Below, piece after piece: positions 1 through 8,200 of a DNA stretch of 29,811 nucleotides. The position numbers and the translations under genes are program-made. Origin of the DNA: Rhodospirillales bacterium (GTDB taxonomy: Bacteria; Pseudomonadota; Alphaproteobacteria; Rhodospirillales; Defluviicoccaceae); contig JAUXFS010000001.1 in the NCBI GenBank assembly GCA_030622775.1, positions 1 to 29,811 on the forward strand, given 5' to 3'. The notes beneath the pieces were generated by a model, which was not told the origin of the DNA, searched no databases, and was given only the letters and a program-made list of their open reading frames with translations. How positions within the stretch are numbered: position 1 is the stretch's first letter; the number at the start of each line of letters is the position of its first letter.

Positions 1-2
1 CC

Positions 3-164
3 ATCCGTGGAGCGGGCTATCCGTGTGCGCATGTGATAAAGATGGAGCGCTCCAAGGAAGAGGTTGCCGGGGATTTCTCGGTCTGGAAGGTGCGCTGCAA
101 CTCGGGTAGCTTCAAGGTCACCTTCGAGGGTGGCACAGGCTCCGAAGTCGTCCCCCTCAACTGA
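3..164 (+). CDS. 3' end of a small hypothetical protein (5'-partial), two-Cys IRxAGYxC...WxVxC type
   Basis: Frame 3 is open from the window edge to TGA at 162-164 and reads IRGAGYPCAHVIKMERSKEEVAGDFSVWKVRCNSGSFKVTFEGGTGSEVVPLN*. It is protein-like and convergent with the eCIS operon. It is absent from the ORF track because its start lies outside the window. Confidence 0.6.
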   Translation: MRGAGYPCAHVIKMERSKEEVAGDFSVWKVRCNSGSFKVTFEGGTGSEVVPLN

Positions 165-277
165 TACGCATTGATTCTTCAGATTATTATTTAAGCCCCT
201 GACAAAGATGGGTTAGGAAGGCGTAAGCGATGCGAACGGTCGGTGCGTATTACGCGCAACGCAGTGGTCGCCGCGCC

Positions 278-3200
278 TTAGACCAGCGTGTCGAACGCGC
301 TCTTCATCAGCCCCTTCGCGTCAAGCTGCGGCTTGGTCACGCGGATCTTGTTGATGTCGAAATCGAGTCCGTTCTTTTCCGACCACGCCATTGGGAAATC
401 CGCCGACAGCTCCATGTTTGGCCCGAACTCGCCCAGCTTCTTGCGCCACGGGCCCCAGGTGTGATCGATGTCGGATAAAGGCCAGGGAAGATCAACACCT
501 GCGGTTACCGAAGCATTAACACCGAGTTCAAATTTCGGGCTCGCCTTGACGTTGGCGTTGGCGTTGAACGCGAGGCCATCGCTGACGTTCCACTTCACCC
601 CAACGTCGATCTTGCCTTCGACCCCTAAGCCCAGCGTGCCGTCCAAGCCAACGCGGCCCTTCACGTAGGCTACCGCCACCTGCGCTTTCAGCCCGCCGCC
701 GAGGTCGAGCTTGAAGCCCGCATAAGCCGGGACATAGAACTGTGCCTTGCCTTCGACCGTAGCCTCGGATGGTTTGTCGAGGTCGATCTTGGCATTCACT
801 TTGGTGTCGCGCAATTGGCCGGGGCCGACATAGGCGAAGAAATCGAGCCGGGCGTCGACGAAGGCGAAGATGCCGATGCCGACGGGACCCAGCTTGACAC
901 CCCAGATCGGGAAGTCCGGCGGAGTGATTTTCAGAAGACGCTTTTCGTATTCGACCTTTTTGAAAAGATCGACGGTGGGGGGCAGGGCGATCTCTCCGGT
1001 AATAATGATATTACCTTCACGGGTGTATTCGATGCCCGCCATACCAGTCAGAACCTTGCCGAAGGCGATAGTGGCCTGCCCCTGGCCCCAGATCTGCAAC
1101 GGTCCCACCAGCCCGCCCTCGATGGGCTTGCCGTTCTCGTCCATCTGTAGATTGGTGGCGGTGACCTGGATGAAGCCCTTCGCCGGGCCCTTGGCGAGGT
1201 CGACCCGGCCGTCGAAATACACCTGCTCGCCCTTCACCGCGATCTTCAGGTTGCCGATGGCGCCGGGGGCCTTCAGCGCAGCGCTGCCAGCGCCGCTGAC
1301 TATCCATTCGCCCGTATCGGGACTGCGTTGGGCGCGCACCGTGACTTTGGCGTCCGAAACCCCAGGCAGCTTGTCGATGGGCAGGGGGATGTCCTTGCCC
1401 TCGATCAAGAGTCCCGTCTCCGGGTCGTAGCCCACCGTGATCGAGCTGCCGGTTAGCACGCCCCCCAGTTGCAGCGTGCCGGTAACGCCGAATGTCTGCC
1501 GCGTGGCGTTGATCTCGATCGTGCCGCTCTCGACCCCGGGCAGCGTGCCCTTTTTGACCGTCAGCGTGCCCTTCGCCTTGAAATCGTCCTTGGCCAGCGA
1601 ATACTCGGCATCGACCTCGGCGTTTTCCACGAAGTTGAAATCAAAGGCGAATTTACCGCTGATAACGGAATCCTTCTTGGTGGTCTTGGCGCTCAGTGTG
1701 CCGCGCCCGAGCTTTTCGATGGCAATGCCCGCGCTGCCGGCGATGAAGAAATCGCCCTCGCTCACGCCAAGCTGCAGCGCCGCTTCGGTGACGCTGACGG
1801 GGCCGAATTTCAACCGCTCGGCCGGGATCGGGAAATTCACATAGATGCTGTCGCCCCGAAGGATGATCGGCACGTTGAGCTGTGGCAGCAGCGCCTTTGA
1901 CGATAGGATCGAGCCCTCGGCAAAAAGCGCCCCGTCGGGGGTCACAGAGACATTCGCGAAGGTGATCGGCGAAAGCGGCGTGAATTTCATATTCCTGAAA
2001 GCCGTGGCGATGCTGTCGCGCGAGATATGTGCTCCGAAGCCGAGGTTCTCGTCATGCTTGAGATCGATTGTCTTCTCGGCGGCCACGATGACGTCGCTGT
2101 CTTTCGACTGCTTCTTGGTCCGCCGGACCCGGAGCGTCGATATGATGCTGTTCTTGGTGCCGGCGGTGGGCGGCGTGAAGGGGGCGTCCTCGAGAATGTA
2201 GATGCCGCGGTAGAAGAACGAGGGCTTCTTCAGCTTCTTGCCGTCGTCCGACACGGTGAACCGCGCTACGCGGCCCCCTGTTGCGTCTGGGAAAACGTTG
2301 ATGAACTTCGGAACCTCGCCTTCCTTGAAGACGAAGCCCTGCCGCACCAGCTCCTTCTCGGTCATCGCCTTGAAATGCTTTACCTGCTCGCCCGCCCTCA
2401 TCTGCGCCTTGGTCCAGAAGGTCGTGGTGGTGCCGAACTTGCCCGCCTTTACCGTTTTGAACCGCAGCACCCAGCTCCGCTTGACTTCCGTTGCGTTGCC
2501 CGGGATCGCTTTTGGTGTGACCGCGCCCTTGGTCTTCTTAAGCTCCCGCGCGGCATCTTTCAGCGTGCCGGAGATCGAACGGTCGATCCTGCTCTTGATG
2601 GAGGAGCCAACGGAGCGGTTGTATTTGCTTTTCAGCAGCCACATGTTCTCGGCGCTGTCCTGTCCGCCGACCTGCAATTCCAGGATGTGGTCGGCATCGA
2701 GGCTGGCATCGGCGCCCTTGGGGCTGAGCATCGGACGCAGGAGGCTGTCGTGTTTCGACAGCTCATCAGTTGTGCCGATCAGCGCGGTCTTGGAGCTTTC
2801 GGCCTTCTTGCCGGTATAGAGCACATAGACGTCGCGGTTGCCCTTGCGCATCGGCGCGGCGTTGCCTTGCGCCTTGATTTGTGTATCGAGCGCCGTTTTC
2901 GCGGGGCCGGTAAAGTTGGTCTTGGCGTAGTTGTACCAGGTTTCGAAGGCCTTGCCCTCGGACCGGGCGGGGACGGGGTCTAGCTTGAAGGGCGCGCCTG
3001 CCGCGGGCAGCGAGCGGCCCGCATCGGCTACCGGCGATGCCTTGCCACCCGCCGCGCCTTTCAGCGTGCCGCCAACATTGGGCAATTCCAGCTTGGGCAG
3101 GGTGATGGTGCCGGAATGGCCGTCAGGCGCGGTGAAATCAACGGCCCAGTTATTGCCTTCCAGCTTGTCGATGGTGGTGGTGTCTCCCGTCTTGTCATCG

Positions 3201-3997
3201 GCCTTGGTCTGAGACTTGCCCTTTGCCGTCGCGCGCTGGATGCGCTGCACACCGGCGCTGCCGCCGCGTTGCTGGACGGTATGGGCGGCCTCATGCGCAA
3301 TCAGCCGCTGGCCGGCGGTGGAGCCGGGGTCGTATTGCCCGCGACCGAAGAACATGTCCTGCCCGACGGTGAAGGCCCGCGCATTGAGTGCGTCCGCCGC
3401 GCGCCCCGCCGCCGCGCCGGAATGCAAGCGCGCGCCGCCGAGTTCGACGCCCATCTTGTTCTCCATCCGGCTGCGCAGCGGCGCGGAAAGCCCAGGCGCG
3501 GGGCCGGAGCGCATCGCCTGGATGCTCGATTCCACGCTGGCGGGGGCGGTGCCGCCTCTGGCCCCCGGACCCTTGGCGTCGCGCTGCGCATCGAGCGCCT
3601 TCGACAGCTCGTCCTCGGCCTTGGGCGTCTCCTGCCCGGTGCCGCGCATCGACCGTTGCGCCGTCTCGACGCCCTTCAGCGCCTTGTCGAGCTCGTCCTC
3701 CTTCGCCGGTGCCTCCGGTCCGGCCTTCCTCTGGGCAGGCTCTTCCGGCCCGGCCGTCTCCCGCTCCTCGTCGAGTACGTTGCGCTGGACGGTCAGCGGC
3801 GAAATCACCGGCGGCAGCGCGGCGGCAGGCAGGGCAGAGGGGCCGACGACGTGATCGGCGATGCGGTCGGCCTCGCGCTCGAAGCGGTCGCCCGCCGCGC
3901 CCACCTTCATCCGCCGTTGCAGCGCCTCGGTGCCGGGACCCGCGCGCGCGTTGGCCTTGCGCACAGGCGCCCGGGCGGGGGTGGGGGCCGCCGCCAC
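278..3997 (-). CDS. DUF4157 (eCIS core domain) protein with internal HNH-like nuclease motif and beta-rich C-terminal region; putative eCIS effector, 1239 aa
   Basis: N-terminal LQRRMKVG..DRFEREADRIAD motif. DUF4157 signature LSAPLRSRME...ARAFTVGQDMFFG...LIAHEAAHTVQQ (HExxH at aa 235-239, nt ~3268-3490). DADHILELQVGG..D..ENMW.L...YNRS motif (aa 434-462). GTG start at 3997 with a weak GGCGG SD; TAA stop at 278-280. Confidence 0.85.
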   Translation of the reverse strand: MAAAPTPARAPVRKANARAGPGTEALQRRMKVGAAGDRFEREADRIADHVVGPSALPAAALPPVISPLTVQRNVLDEERETAGPEEPAQRKAGPEAPAKEDELDKALKGVETAQRSMRGTGQETPKAEDELSKALDAQRDAKGPGARGGTAPASVESSIQAMRSGPAPGLSAPLRSRMENKMGVELGGARLHSGAAAGRAADALNARAFTVGQDMFFGRGQYDPGSTAGQRLIAHEAAHTVQQRGGSAGVQRIQRATAKGKSQTKADDKTGDTTTIDKLEGNNWAVDFTAPDGHSGTITLPKLELPNVGGTLKGAAGGKASPVADAGRSLPAAGAPFKLDPVPARSEGKAFETWYNYAKTNFTGPAKTALDTQIKAQGNAAPMRKGNRDVYVLYTGKKAESSKTALIGTTDELSKHDSLLRPMLSPKGADASLDADHILELQVGGQDSAENMWLLKSKYNRSVGSSIKSRIDRSISGTLKDAARELKKTKGAVTPKAIPGNATEVKRSWVLRFKTVKAGKFGTTTTFWTKAQMRAGEQVKHFKAMTEKELVRQGFVFKEGEVPKFINVFPDATGGRVARFTVSDDGKKLKKPSFFYRGIYILEDAPFTPPTAGTKNSIISTLRVRRTKKQSKDSDVIVAAEKTIDLKHDENLGFGAHISRDSIATAFRNMKFTPLSPITFANVSVTPDGALFAEGSILSSKALLPQLNVPIILRGDSIYVNFPIPAERLKFGPVSVTEAALQLGVSEGDFFIAGSAGIAIEKLGRGTLSAKTTKKDSVISGKFAFDFNFVENAEVDAEYSLAKDDFKAKGTLTVKKGTLPGVESGTIEINATRQTFGVTGTLQLGGVLTGSSITVGYDPETGLLIEGKDIPLPIDKLPGVSDAKVTVRAQRSPDTGEWIVSGAGSAALKAPGAIGNLKIAVKGEQVYFDGRVDLAKGPAKGFIQVTATNLQMDENGKPIEGGLVGPLQIWGQGQATIAFGKVLTGMAGIEYTREGNIIITGEIALPPTVDLFKKVEYEKRLLKITPPDFPIWGVKLGPVGIGIFAFVDARLDFFAYVGPGQLRDTKVNAKIDLDKPSEATVEGKAQFYVPAYAGFKLDLGGGLKAQVAVAYVKGRVGLDGTLGLGVEGKIDVGVKWNVSDGLAFNANANVKASPKFELGVNASVTAGVDLPWPLSDIDHTWGPWRKKLGEFGPNMELSADFPMAWSEKNGLDFDINKIRVTKPQLDAKGLMKSAFDTLV

Positions 3998-4000
3998 CGC

Positions 4001-5200
4001 CTAGCCGCCGACCTGGTCGCGGGCGAGCTTCAGAGCGCGGATCATCCGGTCCGCCTGGTTCAGCGTGCGCAGGCCCAGCACCTCGCTGACACCGCCGCGC
4101 GCCAGCCCGGCCTCCTTGAGGGTCGCCTCGGCGGCGTCCACGGTCCCGCCGGTCACGTCAGGTATGGTGACAAGGAGCGGCCCATCCTCCCCGGCGACCC
4201 CGATCGACAGCTCCACCGCCGCGCCGGGATCGACGAGGGCGCCCGGGGGGGGGGTCTGCTCGACGATCTGCCCGCCGCGTTCCTTGCTGACGGGCACCTG
4301 GGTCAGGCGGCCCGGCACCAGGCCGAGTTTTTTCAAGAGTTTCTCTGCCCGCGGCAGGGTCAGGCCGACCAGGTCGGGCACCTGCACCTGCGTCGAGACG
4401 CCGACGACGATGTCGACGCTGTCGCCGCGCTTCACCGTGGTGCCGGCCTCGGGTACGTGGCTGAGGATGAGGCGCGGCTTGCCCTTGACTGGCTCCTCGC
4501 TCCGTTTGCCGACCTTCAGCCCCTGGTTCGCCAGAAGCGACAGCGCGGCGGCCTCGGTCCGGCCCACGAGGTCAAGCATGGGGAAGGCCTCGTCCGGCGG
4601 CACATCCGGTCCCGGATCGGGGCAGGGCGTCTCGGCCCCGCGTGTGAGGTCAATCTCGCGGTAAAGCTGCTGGCCGGTGGCAAGTGCCGCGCCCTCGGAG
4701 TCGCGGAAACGCTCGGCGCCCTCCTTGTCGCGCACGGACAGGACCAGCTTGGTGTCCGCCGGAAGGTTCAGCGAGAAACCGCCCAGATCGTCGGTGCAAG
4801 AGAAATCGAGCCGCACTCCGTCGCCGAAGGCGCTGACGGTCAGGTTCGATTGCGGCACGCCGTCATCGACCACCCGGCCCCAGATTGCCGCACCTTGTTC
4901 CGGGTCAACCTCGGGCCGGGAAATCCGCGCCCGGTCCAGTTCCTCGGAGAAGAGCGCGAACCGGGCCTTGGCGCGCTCCAGATTGCCCTCGCGCAGCGCG
5001 ACCTCGGGGTGGTCGGCGCCTTTGCGCCGCGCCACCCGCGCCACCTCGCGCTTCATCTGCCCCTCGCGCGCCGTCACTAGCGGCGAGGCCAGTCCGTAGC
5101 CTGCCAGTCGTACGCGGTCGGCCAGGTCCTCGACCCGCGTGACCTCGGCGGAAAACTCGCCGAGATTGATGGCCTTGGTGAATTCGTTCGACGTGGTCAT
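4001..5200 (-). CDS. PASTA-repeat protein (helical N-terminus, beta-sandwich-like middle, about 2.5 PASTA repeats), no signal peptide or TM segment, 399 aa
   Basis: Repeats FPMLDLVGRTEAAALSLLANQGL...HVPEAGTTVKRGDSVDIVVG, VQVPDLVGLTLPRAEKLLKKLGL...QTPPPGALVDPGAAVELSIG and a partial VTIPDVTGGTVDAAEATLKEAGL match the PASTA pattern (VPDlvG.t...A...L...Gl ... Q.P.aG..v..g..V.l.v). Strong AAGGAG SD and ATGA overlap with the upstream gene. Confidence 0.85.
   Translation of the reverse strand: MTTSNEFTKAINLGEFSAEVTRVEDLADRVRLAGYGLASPLVTAREGQMKREVARVARRKGADHPEVALREGNLERAKARFALFSEELDRARISRPEVDPEQGAAIWGRVVDDGVPQSNLTVSAFGDGVRLDFSCTDDLGGFSLNLPADTKLVLSVRDKEGAERFRDSEGAALATGQQLYREIDLTRGAETPCPDPGPDVPPDEAFPMLDLVGRTEAAALSLLANQGLKVGKRSEEPVKGKPRLILSHVPEAGTTVKRGDSVDIVVGVSTQVQVPDLVGLTLPRAEKLLKKLGLVPGRLTQVPVSKERGGQIVEQTPPPGALVDPGAAVELSIGVAGEDGPLLVTIPDVTGGTVDAAEATLKEAGLARGGVSEVLGLRTLNQADRMIRALKLARDQVGG
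4245..4254. repeat. G10 homopolymer (C10 on the coding strand) inside the PASTA gene
   Basis: gccc-GGGGGGGGGG-tctg; the coding strand reads ACC CCC CCC CCG (T-P-P-P). Confidence 0.9.
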
Positions 5201-8200
5201 CGTTTATCTCCTTTGCCCGGCGCCAGGGCGTAGCGTTTGCTCAGAGCTTCCGAGAGCTGACCTGCGAAGCCCTCGAAAAACTCGCAGAACCTGACGCCTG
5301 CCAGCCCGAGGAGGTTGCGGTTTCCAGATACGAAGCGGCCGGACGCGGGGCCGACGGCCAGGATGCAGTGCGTCGTCTGGTTGGCCGAGGTCTGGTTGAG
5401 AATGGCGAAGGTGATCGCCGAAAGGATCCCTGCGGTCAGCCGTTTCTGCAACCGGTTTGACGAACATCTGAGCGTGCCCGCCACGGCCAGCACATTGGTC
5501 AGTGCCAGTACCACCTCGTTCTCGATCTCTGCCTGGTTGTCGCAGAACGACACATCGTCGGCACCCAGAAGCAGCACCGACGAGAGTGTGTAGGGCAGGG
5601 TGGGCGAATGCGCCTGCAGGCTGATCTGGTTGCCGTTCACGATCATCTCGCCGCCGCGCAGTCGCTCGGGCCGGAAGCCCTCGCGCTGGCTGCTTATCGC
5701 CAGAGCCGTGTCCTCGGCCACGCAGAGGTTGATGAGATTGACCGCGTCGCCACCCAGAACTTCGGAGAGCAGCTCGAGGAAGACATAGTCCAGAAGGTCA
5801 ATGTTCTGCGCCGGATCGAAGATCTGCCCATTCAGCCGGCTGAGTGCCAGGCCTCCCGCCACCAGTGAGCCGAAGACGTTCGAGGCAAACGCGCTGCGCC
5901 CGGCACCGGTCAAGCGGTTGCCCAGCACCATCACCGGCCCCATGGCGATGGCCTTCAGCGCGCGGGCGCCGGGAGCGTCGACCGTGTTGCCGCTGACCAG
6001 GAGCGCGGGGCGGTCCACGTTGCGGCCCTTGCCCCAATTCTCGCCATAGGTTGAGACGCCGCCCATGGTAAAGCCGATGACGATCCCGCCGCGCCGTCCG
6101 GGCGCAAGGGCAGTCTCGCGGCCGGGGGTCATGCCGTTGTTCTCGATCCGGTTGCGTTCGATCCGCACATCCTCGGCAATGGCCAGGAACACGCCGCAGA
6201 TCGGGTCGGCGGAAGTGGGCCCATTGCCGGCGATCAGGTTGTCGCGGATCGTCGCGTCAGAGCAGAGCGACAAGGCGATCCCGCCCCAACCGATGAACTG
6301 GCGCAGAAGCGGCGTGGTCGGGCCGACCTCGTTCACCATGCAGCCGGTGATGCGATTGTCGCTGATCTCGATGGTCTCGACCGCTACCAGGTCGGATGCC
6401 CCGTCCCTGCCCAGGCCGGAAAAGACATGGGCCGATATGCCGTTGAAGCCCATAGCGGTGATGTCGTTGCGCAGGATGCGCACGTCGCGCACCAGCCCGC
6501 CGGATTCGGGGACCAGCGGCGTACCACCGGGGATGTCGATCTCGCCCCCCGGCACGCCCGGCAACCGGATGCAGCCCGCCCGGTCGACGAAGGTGTTCAG
6601 CCCGGTATAGGCCAGCGACTCCATCGCTGTGTCGGCATAGTAGCCCGCCTTGTGCCCGCCGCGCTCCTTCGCAATCTCGGCGGCAACGGTTTGCGGCACA
6701 TTGCCGGTCTCGGCCACGTATTGCACCGAGCCCAGCGTGATGCCATGCCCGTTGCCGCCGGTGATGACGTTGTCGCGGATCATCACGCGTTCCGACCCGC
6801 CGGCGATATGGATGCCGCCGACAGCGAGGAACAGCCGGTCCTTCACCTGGCTGGCGTCGATGCGGCAGTGCTCGACGGTCAGATCCCGGCCCGCAAGGAA
6901 GATCGCCGAAGTACGCCCGATCACAGGGTCCTGCGACAGGGCCGCCGACATCATGCCGAGCTGGATATGGCAGTGCAGCACGGTGGCGCCGACCATGTCG
7001 ACGGCCTGGATGGCGCTGGCATCCGCGCAGGCGATGCACAGGTCTTCGAGCAGCAGCGCGTTCTGTGCCGCGTGGCCGCCAGTCTTGGCCAGCACAGCCT
7101 GCGCGGCATCGGCGTTCAGCGTCAGGCGGCGCACATGGATGCCGCTGATTTTGGTCAGTGTCAGGATCGGGTCGGTCGACCCGGGCTTCGGCGCCCAGCG
7201 GGTGCCGCGCCCGCAGCCGGTGATGGTGATATTGCTGTGCCCGTCGATATGGACGTTTTCCTCGTAATCTCCCTCATGGATGCAGACCTCGCCTCCCTCT
7301 GACGGCAGCCGGTCGATCGCCTCCTGGATCGAGGTGACGTCACCGTGGCTGACCAGCCCGTCGCCCACGGTCACGTGGCAGCAGCCGCCGACGCGGCAGA
7401 GCGGGCGAAAGCGGTGGCGGCAATCGCGCGCATCGCCCGGCACCGGTCCGGTCCAGGGTATCAGTGCCAATGGCGCCACCAGGCGGCGGGGTCCGACCGG
7501 CGGTGCGCCGGTCAGCAACGCGTGCGGTGTGACGCGTGTCGGCGTGTTGGGCCGGGCCGAGACGATCCAGTAATCGCCCGGCATACCGTCGTCGGAGAAG
7601 AGCGCGGTCAGCCCGGTCTCCCCCAGCTCCACCGCGTTCACGGTGTCGATGGCGTGGTCCACCGCGCCCGCCGCGCCGCCGCCGGTCCAGAGGCGCAGGT
7701 AGAAATAGGTCTCCAGCCCCGCCACCGTGTCGTCCAGCGGGTTGATCGCGGCCTGGCCATCGGTTGAAGTAAACCAGTCGTCCCAGGCCTGCGGCACCAC
7801 CGCCGAGACGAGGATCGAGTCATCGCTTGGGTCATAACCGTTCTCGACGGTCAGCAGGAGGCCCTGCCGTTCGGCCACCTTCTCCCGGTTATCCAGGAAC
7901 GTCCCCCAGCGCAGCACCTCGACGGTCATGCCGGCGAGCGGCCAGCCGAATTCGTCGCGCGGGGGTGTCAGGAAGACGATCTTGCGCCGGGTGTTGTCGG
8001 TCGGATGCGCCTCGACCTGTACGCGGTAGAGCGGTGCTGCGTTGTCTCTGCCCCAGACAAAGCGGCCGGGGGTGGTGACTTGCACCCGGAAGGTCTCGTT
8101 CCGCGCACCGAGGAACCCGGCCTGCGCGGACGGACGGCAGAGGTCGTTCAGCGGGTCGAGCTTGCTGAAGCCGATGGTCAACTCGGTCTGGGATTTCACT

